Shown here: positions 22,093 through 31,118 of the stretch, one piece after another
How the letters are laid out: every line of letters begins with the position of its first letter
Numbering within the stretch: the first letter of the stretch is position 1
Origin: Promethearchaeota archaeon
GTDB lineage: Archaea; Asgardarchaeota; Lokiarchaeia; Sigyniarchaeales; SOKP01
NCBI GenBank assembly: GCA_048937405.1
Contig: JBHLNF010000001.1
Span: 656,785-720,784, forward strand
DNA: 64,000 bases
Reading direction: 5' to 3'
Notes under the pieces: generated by a model
What the model was told of the DNA's origin: nothing
Seen by the model: the letters and a program-made list of their open reading frames with translations, nothing else
Databases searched by the model: none
Position numbers and translations under genes: made by a program

Positions 22093-22785
22093 TTAAATTC
22101 CTTCTACACTGGTTAATAATACCATTATATAATCCGCAACACCTTCTATCGAATCAGAAATTGCTTCAAGAATATCAAAAATATTTCCTACCGTAAAAAT
22201 TGTAAAAAAATTCACATCATATTTAGTTTCTTGAAGACTTCTTCGGAGCTTAATGTTCAATAGGTCAACCTTATGTTCATTTTGATTAATTTGTCTAGCA
22301 ATCTCTTTAACTTGCTTCCTTTCTTCTACCAAATCAATTACTATCTTATCTAGATATTTAGCACAATCAACTGTAGTCTTCATTATTTCAATAATTAGAT
22401 TAATAGTTTCTTCACTACTCTGATCCCAAAATTTTACTGGTACAGTAGCTATTCTACGGGCTACTCCATTACAACAATTGGCAACATCATCAATTCTTTT
22501 AATTAAATGCGATAAATTTTGCCTTACACTTGGATCTAATTCTCCTTTTGAAATATCTTTTTGAAGATCCCTTCTTAAGTCATCGGCTTCACCTTCTAAT
22601 TTATCAACATTATGAAAAATATCATGAGTCTTTTCGAGATCTTTTTCTTTTAGAAGCATTAATATTCCTCTATCTAACTCTTTGACACATTCTTGTACTT
22701 TTTGAGCATGCTTTATAGTCTTTTCCAAAGCATTTAAAGCAGTTTCTCTTTTCAGGTATTCAATTAAAGAACCCATAATAACCAA
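22093..22785 (-). CDS. DUF47 / PhoU-like phosphate transport regulator
   Basis: LEGEADDLRR, IDDVAN, EHKVD, EAISDSIEGVAD; adjacent to PiT. Confidence 0.88.
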   Translation of the reverse strand: MVIMGSLIEYLKRETALNALEKTIKHAQKVQECVKELDRGILMLLKEKDLEKTHDIFHNVDKLEGEADDLRRDLQKDISKGELDPSVRQNLSHLIKRIDDVANCCNGVARRIATVPVKFWDQSSEETINLIIEIMKTTVDCAKYLDKIVIDLVEERKQVKEIARQINQNEHKVDLLNIKLRRSLQETKYDVNFFTIFTVGNIFDILEAISDSIEGVADYIMVLLTSVEGI

Positions 22786-22808
22786 TTTTTTATTCTCAAT
22801 TTTATTCT

Positions 22809-22834
22809 CTATATAAACTATATAGTAATATATA
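22809..22834. promoter_or_regulatory. Putative Pho-box array (ACTATATAGT plus two flanking copies)
   Basis: CTATATA at 22809 and 22818, ATATATA at 22828; upstream of the DUF47 gene. Confidence 0.5.
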
Positions 22835-22856
22835 TTTTTTACTTATTATAAATTTA

Positions 22857-23894
22857 TCAAGTTAATCCAAATGAGCTTAATCCAAAGTATATAAAACCTG
22901 CAAGTAGTGCGGCTATAGGAAACGTTAATACCCAAAAAATTGCCATCTTTCCTAAACCTTTATAATCCACCTCTTTTTTTTGGGCAATACTCATTCCAAC
23001 TATACAAAATACAATTACATGGCTATGAGAAATTGGAAGTGCAAAAAGTGTAGCAATCATTAAAATAATTGCAGAACTAATCTGGATAATAAAACCTTCA
23101 CTAGGGCGTGTATCAATCATATGGGATGCTAAATTTTTGATAACATACCGTCCTGCAATGTAAATACCGAGAAATGAAAAAATACCACAAAAAATTGCAT
23201 ATAAAATGTATTGTCCATTTGTTATAGAACTATTTTCTCTAAGACCTAGAAGAATACCTAAAGCTTCTCCTGAATTAGCTCCGACCCAAATTTCTGCAAA
23301 CAAGACAGCAATTAATAAAAACCACTTAAACATTTTTTCAGATTTCTCGATCTGATTTAAACCCTTTAAACGAGATAAGAAAACTTTAGCACATATTTTA
23401 AAGAGAATATAAGTTATTAATAATCCTGATATTGGTGAAATAAACCAACTTAAAATTACATTTGTTAATTTCTCATTATTGAAAGCGGTATTAAGATCAA
23501 TTCCTCCCTGGGAAATAGCATAAACTATTATTACCCCCACAATACTTCCAATTAACGAGTGTGTACTACTTAATGGAATCCCCGAAAAACTCCCTACCAC
23601 TAACCAGATAATACTACTTATCAATACAGTTAAGAGCATATAATTAGTATATTTTTCTTCTAAACCTTCACCTAAAATGTTTTTTCCTACGGTTTCCGGG
23701 ACAAAACCACCGCTGAAAAGAATCATACCAGAACCAACGGCAATACCCCCCACAATTAATGCTATTTTGAATTTTATAACACCAGCACCAACTAAAGAAG
23801 CGAGTGTTTCATCATTAGCGCCAATACTAAAAGCTAAACCAACAGCCATGATTATTAAAACTATAACTAAGAGTATTGTTAGTTCTTCAGCCAT
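22857..23894 (-). CDS. Inorganic phosphate transporter, PiT family
   Basis: GAND signature, PLSSTH and PISHSH motifs; about 10 TM segments. Confidence 0.9.
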   Translation of the reverse strand: MAEELTILLVIVLIIMAVGLAFSIGANDETLASLVGAGVIKFKIALIVGGIAVGSGMILFSGGFVPETVGKNILGEGLEEKYTNYMLLTVLISSIIWLVVGSFSGIPLSSTHSLIGSIVGVIIVYAISQGGIDLNTAFNNEKLTNVILSWFISPISGLLITYILFKICAKVFLSRLKGLNQIEKSEKMFKWFLLIAVLFAEIWVGANSGEALGILLGLRENSSITNGQYILYAIFCGIFSFLGIYIAGRYVIKNLASHMIDTRPSEGFIIQISSAIILMIATLFALPISHSHVIVFCIVGMSIAQKKEVDYKGLGKMAIFWVLTFPIAALLAGFIYFGLSSFGLT

Positions 23895-23920
23895 TTTTTT
23901 TTTTCTTGTCTAGTAATTTT

Positions 23921-24583
23921 TTAGTCAAAAATAAGATATTTTGTTGCAAGAAACTGGATATATTCAGAGAAGTTTTTAATATGATCGGAGAGCATCATAA
24001 TATCTTCAATTAAATTTTTCAAATATAGGAATGTTCTTGATAAATAATCCATATCATAATTATATAAGCGATTTAGTAATTGCCATTCATCATCTCGCAT
24101 TTTTCGCCTTTCTTCTTTTATTTCTTCACATATATCATGAGCTTTACTAAGATCTGAACCAATAGATTTTACAGCTTCAGACAATTTATTTGATATAGTT
24201 TTTAATGAGTTAAGAATACGTAATATATGAGTCTTAAATTGTTTATCGGGAAAAATAGCTTTATAGAGAAGCATTCGATTTGCTAAAAATTCTTCTATAT
24301 TTTTAATATCGTTTATTTTGTTAAATAGTTTTAATCTGTCTGCTTTGGAGAACATGAGTTTTGATTTGAATATCTTTGATTCAAATTGCTTTTTTATTTG
24401 GACTTCAGTATTAGTTTCTATAACATAATTCATATTTTCCTTGAAATTGTTAAAATTTTCTTGAACAAGATATTCAATCCCTTTTATTAGTTTCATCGTT
24501 TGTTCATTTATGTTATCCATGAATAAATGAGTTAATTCATCAATACTGCGTTTCTTTAATTCCTTATCCTCAATATTCTTCAT
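23921..24583 (-). CDS. Divergent DUF47/PhoU-like protein
   Basis: Helical protein with (K)ADR, EERR and EDIMMLSDH motifs; directly upstream of PiT. Confidence 0.65.
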   Translation of the reverse strand: MKNIEDKELKKRSIDELTHLFMDNINEQTMKLIKGIEYLVQENFNNFKENMNYVIETNTEVQIKKQFESKIFKSKLMFSKADRLKLFNKINDIKNIEEFLANRMLLYKAIFPDKQFKTHILRILNSLKTISNKLSEAVKSIGSDLSKAHDICEEIKEERRKMRDDEWQLLNRLYNYDMDYLSRTFLYLKNLIEDIMMLSDHIKNFSEYIQFLATKYLIFD

Positions 24584-24606
24584 TTTCTATATTATTCATT
24601 TTATAT

Positions 24607-24616
24607 TCTATATAGT
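24607..24616. promoter_or_regulatory. Putative Pho-box TCTATATAGT
   Basis: CTATATAG core at 24608-15, upstream of the DUF47-PiT unit; weaker copies nearby. Confidence 0.5.
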
Positions 24617-24877
24617 TAATATATATTCTATTAAATTTCAATATATAGCTTATTTTTATTGTTAAATTATTAATCATGAAAAATTTGTCTAATAATATGT
24701 TCAAATTTGGATTTCCTTCCTCCATTTTAAATTACAAGATTTTAATTATAGCTTCTTTAAAAAAATCATATTAATAAAATAAATAATAAAGTGGAATAGA
24801 AAACATTTTATGCATTAACAACTTCAATGAATATAAAAAAAAGAAATAATTAAAAGATAAAAAAATAGAAATTATTA

Positions 24878-25561
24878 CTAAATTTTCTTAGCTACTGTCA
24901 ACATAATAATATAATCAGCAACGTCTTCCGCATTATCACTGATAGCTTCCATAGCTGATATACAATTATAAATAACTATTGCACTAAAAGGATTTATCTC
25001 AATATTATTTGAGACTAAACTTCTACTAATTGCATAATTTTTTTCATCACACTGATGTTCTAAAATATTAACCTCTTGCCCTATCTGTTGAATTTTTTCT
25101 TCCTCTGCTTTTAAAAGTTCATTAACCATAAGATTTACTTTTTTAACAGCCTCTACTGAGATTCTTGAAATATCTAAAATATTTCTATGAATATCTTCGC
25201 CTAAACTCATAAAATCTTTATGATTCATAGAAATAAGAATTCTTGAACTAGCATTTGCGGTATTCGCAATGTCATCAATTCTTTTAACAAGGTGAATCAG
25301 ATTCTCTCGAATTTTAGATGGAAGTTCTGCTTGTGATAACATATTCAGAATATTTCTTCGAATTCCATCTGCTTGATGTTCTAATTCATCAACTCGGAAA
25401 AATACTTTTAATGCAAGATCAATGTTTTTTTCTTCAAGAAGAAATGACAAACCTTTATCAAATTCGACAATACATTCAAGTACTTTCTGAGTATGAACTA
25501 AAGTTAAATTTATTGCATTTTCTTCATTACGAGATTTGAACCATTCCATCAAGGAACTCAT
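24878..25561 (-). CDS. DUF47 / PhoU-like protein
   Basis: LEHQADGIRR, IDDIAN, LEHQCD, EAISDNAEDVAD; paralog of 22093-22785. Confidence 0.88.
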   Translation of the reverse strand: MSSLMEWFKSRNEENAINLTLVHTQKVLECIVEFDKGLSFLLEEKNIDLALKVFFRVDELEHQADGIRRNILNMLSQAELPSKIRENLIHLVKRIDDIANTANASSRILISMNHKDFMSLGEDIHRNILDISRISVEAVKKVNLMVNELLKAEEEKIQQIGQEVNILEHQCDEKNYAISRSLVSNNIEINPFSAIVIYNCISAMEAISDNAEDVADYIIMLTVAKKI

Positions 25562-25604
25562 ATATTATACCTTTTTTTCTTTATTTCAATATATTTGATT
25601 ATTT

Positions 25605-26828
25605 TTATTCTAATTTTAATACTTCTCTTATTATATCATTACTAGGATGTTCAAATATTATCCCCAATTCTTTAGGAAAATATACTGTTACCTCAGAATT
25701 CTCTAAAAATGCATTATGGATTTCATAAGTGGCTGATCTAGTAACAATAATCACTTTATCTTTATGGTCTATTTTTGTAAGGATTTCAAATCGGTAAAAT
25801 ACTCCCATAAATTTACGACGGAGTAGTGTTCCCAATATTGCATTTCTTTTTTCATTGACACGATTACCTAATCGAAGTTTCATATGGTTTGCTCGAACAA
25901 CTAATAGAACTTTATCATTATTCTGAATTTTATTATACAATGATTTTTTTAGATAACCTGCGAAAGTATTTTCAAAACCAATATCTATTGGCATTGGAAC
26001 AGATTCTTCTTGAATCTCATTGAAGAATTTATCCCCCTGCTTAGATTTACTATGAATATCCCATTCTGGCTTTATATTTTTAATACAAATTCCATCAAAA
26101 TAATTTATTTCACTCATAAAATTTGCTACAAAAAGATTAATTGGATGATAATATATCTCATTAGGACTTCCTACCTGAATAAGTTTTCCTTCATTAATTA
26201 CAGCTATTCTATCAGCCACCATCATTGCCTCTCTTTCGTCATTGGTAACATGAATTACTGTTAAACCTAGTTCTTTAGATTTTGCCATTAAAAGTAATTC
26301 TCTTCTTAAACTCATTCTAAGTCCAGCATCAAGTGCTTTTAAAGGTTCATCTAATATCAATAGTTTTGTTTGTTCTAGATTTAGCAAGGACCGACATAAT
26401 GCGACTCTCTGTTTCATTCCCCCACTTAATTCATCTGGGTATGCATCATTTCTTCTAGTTAATAAAGTCATCATTAAAACTTGTTCAACTAATGATTTGG
26501 TTATTTGGGAAGCTCTAGCATGAACTCTTCCACTATAAGAAATATTTTCAACAACATTCATATGAGGAAATAATGCATAGTTTTCAAACATAAAACCTAT
26601 ATTTCTCTCACCAGGCGATCTTTTAGTTACATCCTGCTCATCGAAAAATATTTTCCCAGAATCTGGTTTAAGAAGGCCGGCAATAAGCTTAAGTAATGTA
26701 GTTTTACCGGCACCTGTGGGACCTAAAATAATAAAGTATTCTTTATCTTTTATCTCTAGTGAAATATTTTCTAATGCCGTGAAATTTCTAAATTTTTTAA
26801 AAATATTTTTCAATTTAATATTTACCAA
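25605..26828 (-). CDS. ABC transporter ATPase (MalK/PotA/CysA-type with C-terminal TOBE region)
   Basis: GPTGAGKT, LSGGMKQR, LILDEP, HVTN (N at the usual H-loop His position). Confidence 0.9.
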   Translation of the reverse strand: MVNIKLKNIFKKFRNFTALENISLEIKDKEYFIILGPTGAGKTTLLKLIAGLLKPDSGKIFFDEQDVTKRSPGERNIGFMFENYALFPHMNVVENISYSGRVHARASQITKSLVEQVLMMTLLTRRNDAYPDELSGGMKQRVALCRSLLNLEQTKLLILDEPLKALDAGLRMSLRRELLLMAKSKELGLTVIHVTNDEREAMMVADRIAVINEGKLIQVGSPNEIYYHPINLFVANFMSEINYFDGICIKNIKPEWDIHSKSKQGDKFFNEIQEESVPMPIDIGFENTFAGYLKKSLYNKIQNNDKVLLVVRANHMKLRLGNRVNEKRNAILGTLLRRKFMGVFYRFEILTKIDHKDKVIIVTRSATYEIHNAFLENSEVTVYFPKELGIIFEHPSNDIIREVLKLE

Positions 26829-26839
26829 TAATTTTTCAC

Positions 26840-28024
26840 CTACGATAAAGAAAGTTCAGATAATAAATTTTTAGGGGCCTTAAATACGTGGATATCATCC
26901 TTATGAATTCCAATTATTAATTTTTTTCCTGAGATGAAGTTTTCCTCAAAATTTCCTGGTTTTATTGAAATGAATTTATCATTGTTATCTAAATTTAAAT
27001 AAAATCTTTTTGTTGCCCCAATAAATCTTGATGTTTCTAAAATACACTCAAATAATTCCATTTGAGACCAATTATATTGGCTGCTTTCAAAATCATAATC
27101 TTCAGGAAATAGATATACATCTTCAAAACGAAATGCGATTACTATATTATCATCTAAATCAAATTTATTACCAAAATTATGTGTTTTTAATTTTGGACCA
27201 CCCAAACGAATTCTAATCTCCATTTCATTATTGTCAAATAACTTTAAAACAAAACCTTGAAGAAAATTAGTTTCTCCTAAAAAATTTGCAACGAATATAC
27301 TATTTGGACTTTCATATAAATCATAGGGAGATCCCATCTGAAGTAATTTTCCTCCTCTCATAATTATAATTTTGTCGGCTATAGCCATAGCTTCTTCTTG
27401 ATTATGAGTAACATGTATAGCTGTGAGACCTAAATCTTTCACTAAATTTCTTAACTCATGACGAAAAACTTTAGATACTTTTGGATCTAAAGATCCTAAT
27501 GGCTCATCCATAATCAGAATTTTGGCACCAGTTGCTATTGCTCTTGCTATACCTAATTTTTGTAAACCTGGATTTCCAAAAATTGATGGATATTCATCAG
27601 CATATTGTAGTAAATCAACTGTTTTGAGAGCTTTTTCAGTTTCCTTAATAATATAATTATCGTTATATCCTCGCATTTCTAAACCAAATGTTACATTTTC
27701 CCATACAGTCAAATGATCAAAAATTTCAAAATGTTGAAAAATAAATCCCATATCTCTATCTTCTGGTGGGATGCCTTTAACATCTTTTCCATCAATCAAA
27801 ATTTTACCATTGGTAGGCTCTTCAAGTCCTGCAATTATTCTAAGCGTTGTGGTTTTCCCACATCCAGTAGGTCCTATCAAAAAAACATATTCCCCATGTT
27901 CAATTTTTACAGAGATATTATCAACAGCTAGGACCTTACCTTCGTTAAAAGTTTTTGTAACATTTAATAGTTCTATAGTTGGCAATAGATTATCCTCTTT
28001 TTTTTGATACTGTTCGTAATGCAA
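26840..28024 (-). CDS. ABC transporter ATPase with degenerate signature motif
   Basis: GPTGCGKT, MDEP and VTH are present; the signature reads FGNPGLQK instead of LSGGQ. True start is probably TTG ~27986 (LPTIEL). Confidence 0.88.
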   Translation of the reverse strand: MHYEQYQKKEDNLLPTIELLNVTKTFNEGKVLAVDNISVKIEHGEYVFLIGPTGCGKTTTLRIIAGLEEPTNGKILIDGKDVKGIPPEDRDMGFIFQHFEIFDHLTVWENVTFGLEMRGYNDNYIIKETEKALKTVDLLQYADEYPSIFGNPGLQKLGIARAIATGAKILIMDEPLGSLDPKVSKVFRHELRNLVKDLGLTAIHVTHNQEEAMAIADKIIIMRGGKLLQMGSPYDLYESPNSIFVANFLGETNFLQGFVLKLFDNNEMEIRIRLGGPKLKTHNFGNKFDLDDNIVIAFRFEDVYLFPEDYDFESSQYNWSQMELFECILETSRFIGATKRFYLNLDNNDKFISIKPGNFEENFISGKKLIIGIHKDDIHVFKAPKNLLSELSLS

Positions 28025-29666
28025 AAATTAAGAATGCACTAAAAATCATAATAATTACACTCGCAAATACTCCTGAGGCATAGGCATTTGCCTCAACAAA
28101 ATCTACGATAAGCACAGGAACGGTTCTTACGCCACCCATTACAACAATAGTCGCACCCGTTTCTCCTAATGAGCGAGTGAAAGTCATAATACATCCTGCA
28201 ATAATCCCTTGTTTTATGTTGGGAAGTGTAATTTTTCTAAAAACGGTCATGTTCGAGGCACCTAAAGTTCGAGCAGCTTCTTCAACTCCCTTATTTGAAG
28301 ATTCTAAAACTCCAATTATAGGACGAACCATATATGGAAATGTAAAAGCAATATGTACAAATAATATCATAAAAAATCCAGATTGAAACAAACCAAAACC
28401 TGTTGGACCCCAAAATAAAAATGTTGCAAATCCTAAAGCTGCTGAAGGAATTGCGATCGGAATATCTAAAATAGTATCTAAAATGGTGATCATTTTTCCC
28501 CACTTTCGCTTTGTAATTATAAATGCAAAAGGTATACCAAAAATTAAATTTGCAAGAACAGCTAAGGCTCCTATTTCAATTGAGTAAATAAAACTTGTAT
28601 ATAAAAAAGCCCACTTATAATCTTTTCCTAAGAAAACCTCCTCTACAATATTAGCTCCAATTATTTCTATTATAATATAAAATGCAGGTATAAGAATTAC
28701 AATAAAAAGAATTCCTAAAGCTAATAAATCTCTTAAATGTCTTAAACTCTTTTTACTTAAAAATCTTTCTATTCTAGGCCATACTGAATTAATTGGAAAT
28801 CCTGTTTTCCGAGTCAAAAATTTTATTGAAAATAATAGTAAAAGTGAAATTACAATTAAAATTCCAGCTAGTAAAGAAGCGGAGGGCAATTCTAATTGCC
28901 TTCTATAGCCCACAATCAAAATAGGGGCGGTTTCAACTAAACCCGAAAGTATAATTGTAGCACCAGTTTCACCTAAGCTTCTCGTAAATGCAAGAATAGC
29001 CCCAGCTATTAATCCTTCTTTCATCAATGGAAGTGTTATAGTTCGAAATACTGTGAATCCTGGAGCGCCTAGAGTTTGAGCAGCCTCTTCATATAGAACA
29101 GAAGTTTTTTCTAATACAATCTTCATATTTCGTACAATATATGGAAAAGTGAATACTATGTGTCCAAGCACAATCAATGTAAATCCTGGATATATTCCAA
29201 ATATTCCCCAAAATAACATTATAGAAAATCCTAAAGCACTAGTAGGTACGGCCATTGGTAAATCTACCAATGCGTCAAGTATTTTTTTACCTCTAAAATT
29301 ATATCTCGTTAATATAATTGATATGGGAAAAGCAATGATAATATCAACACCTACAGCTATAGAAGCAATTGAAAAGGAGCTTCCTAAAGCTCTCAACATA
29401 TTATGCCATTGCAAATCTCCCAACAATGGGTCGTTAAAGACATCTTTTTTTATAGCAGGAATGTTTAGAAATATAGTTGAAAAAATGTTTATTATCGGAC
29501 CTATAATAACCAAAATGAAAAAGATAATTACTATAGAATCTAAACTTTTTCTGAATATTGACTTGGAAAAGAATCTATCTAATTTTAAATTTAAAGGTAA
29601 ATTCAATTCTTCTTCAAGAGAGCCTCCTTTCAAATCTTGATTTTTCTTTTGTATTTTCTTTATCAT
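27990..29666 (-). CDS. Fused double ABC permease (ModB/CysT-CysW-like)
   Basis: Two copies each of DxPxAxPxxALG, HIxFTFPY, EEAAxTLGA and FTRSLGETGAT. Confidence 0.9.
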   Translation of the reverse strand: MIKKIQKKNQDLKGGSLEEELNLPLNLKLDRFFSKSIFRKSLDSIVIIFFILVIIGPIINIFSTIFLNIPAIKKDVFNDPLLGDLQWHNMLRALGSSFSIASIAVGVDIIIAFPISIILTRYNFRGKKILDALVDLPMAVPTSALGFSIMLFWGIFGIYPGFTLIVLGHIVFTFPYIVRNMKIVLEKTSVLYEEAAQTLGAPGFTVFRTITLPLMKEGLIAGAILAFTRSLGETGATIILSGLVETAPILIVGYRRQLELPSASLLAGILIVISLLLLFSIKFLTRKTGFPINSVWPRIERFLSKKSLRHLRDLLALGILFIVILIPAFYIIIEIIGANIVEEVFLGKDYKWAFLYTSFIYSIEIGALAVLANLIFGIPFAFIITKRKWGKMITILDTILDIPIAIPSAALGFATFLFWGPTGFGLFQSGFFMILFVHIAFTFPYMVRPIIGVLESSNKGVEEAARTLGASNMTVFRKITLPNIKQGIIAGCIMTFTRSLGETGATIVVMGGVRTVPVLIVDFVEANAYASGVFASVIIMIFSAFLIFALRTVSKKRG

Positions 29667-29684
29667 TTTAATTAATATTTCTTT

Positions 29685-30809
29685 TTATGCTGTAGCTTTA
29701 CACAATTGCCATAAATCAGGGATTTTTATTAATACTTCTTCATCCAATGGTGTATGTAACTCAGGAACATTAAGATCATAAGTAATACCATTAGTTTCAT
29801 AATTAAATACTTCAGGATCTAATGGAATTGAAGGATTAATAGGTCTAAATCCGTATTCTAATGCAGAAATAACAGTTTCATTTTCATTTAAAAAATTAAG
29901 GAAAGCTTCTGCTACGACTCTCTGCTGATCAGTTATCCAATCCGCATTCAATATACAAAACGGATGGTCACTATATAATGTTCCTTCCTCTGGATAAACA
30001 GCAATAATTTTTCCTCCTTTAGCAGTACTGGAAATATCTCTTATTAAATTTTCATACAAGAAAGCAATATTTAAAGCAGTAGGGCCCTCATTTTCCATAT
30101 AACGCGCTAAGAAACCAGTAGAAGTTCCATACACTACAGCGCTTGATTCAAATTCTCTGAGCCATTGTTGATTAGTCAAATTTTGTAGATCAGACATTGA
30201 TAAATTCTCCGAAGAGATACCAGAAACTGCTGATAATGCCATTATCACACTCATAAATCCTGAATTTGACAAACGGGGATCAGTATGAGCCATTCTAATG
30301 TTCACATCTGGATCTAATGTCAGATCATGTACATCATTAAATCCCTTTATGTTATAGGTATTATTAAATGATTCCCAAGTAGCAATTACTATAGGAGAAT
30401 ATATTATTCTAACTGCTGCACTAATATTTACTATTGGATCTTCGCTATTTGTTAAATCTGCCCATTTAGAGTTTAAAAAAGGCATCCAAATAGAACTTGC
30501 TGGACTCCATATAGTAGGATAGATTTCTCTATTAAGAATACTAATAATTGAATTTGAAGATCCATAAGGATGCATATCAATACTGATTGGTTCATCAGGA
30601 TGGGTATTTTGCCACTCATCCATAAAATCAGAATAAGCAGCTGTCATCCAACTTGCCTTTTCAGAACTATAAATTATAGTTATATGTGTTCTTTCCCCTC
30701 TACTTTCAAGTACTAAACTAGTAGAAAATGCTCCTATTATAAATCCTATTATAAATATCGAAATAATTCCAAATTTACTATCCTTTTTAGCTTTTCGTGT
30801 ATTTTTCAT
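29685..30809 (-). CDS. Type II solute-binding protein, N-terminally anchored
   Basis: YSSEK, WSPASS, SPIVIA, TDPRLSNSG, STG, YEN, YPEEGT..SDHP, YGFRP; resembles the SBP domain usually fused to vWA domains. Confidence 0.8.
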   Translation of the reverse strand: MKNTRKAKKDSKFGIISIFIIGFIIGAFSTSLVLESRGERTHITIIYSSEKASWMTAAYSDFMDEWQNTHPDEPISIDMHPYGSSNSIISILNREIYPTIWSPASSIWMPFLNSKWADLTNSEDPIVNISAAVRIIYSPIVIATWESFNNTYNIKGFNDVHDLTLDPDVNIRMAHTDPRLSNSGFMSVIMALSAVSGISSENLSMSDLQNLTNQQWLREFESSAVVYGTSTGFLARYMENEGPTALNIAFLYENLIRDISSTAKGGKIIAVYPEEGTLYSDHPFCILNADWITDQQRVVAEAFLNFLNENETVISALEYGFRPINPSIPLDPEVFNYETNGITYDLNVPELHTPLDEEVLIKIPDLWQLCKATA

Positions 30810-30836
30810 AATTAGCAGATTTTAATAGGATTTTAT

Positions 30837-30935
30837 CTAAATGAAAGATCTAATAAAATTATCAATAAAAGCTAAAATTATACCACATAATAATCCAATT
30901 GACAAAGCAATAATATATAGTAATTTTCTTTCCAT
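30837..30935 (-). CDS. 32-aa single-TM small protein at the head of the ABC operon
   Basis: MERKLLYIIALSIGLLCGIILAFIDNFIRSFI; SD-like AAGGTA upstream; stop 27 nt before the SBP start. Confidence 0.55.
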   Translation of the reverse strand: MERKLLYIIALSIGLLCGIILAFIDNFIRSFI

Positions 30936-31045
30936 CTAATTACCTTACTTTTTTGTACATTAATCAAAGACAAATTAAATTATAGTCTGTGTAAAAATAT
31001 AATCTTCTATTTATTATATTTATTTAATAAAAACTGAATAGCGTC

Positions 31046-31073
31046 TCTATATATCTTATATATTCTATATAGA
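31046..31073. promoter_or_regulatory. Putative Pho-box array upstream of the ABC operon
   Basis: CTATATA/TTATATA/CTATATA at 31047, 31056 and 31065 (9-bp period), ending in a perfect TCTATATAGA. Confidence 0.55.
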
Positions 31074-31118
31074 TGTTATTTTTAAATAAGAAAAGGTAAA
31101 GATCTGGTTTTAAACAAT

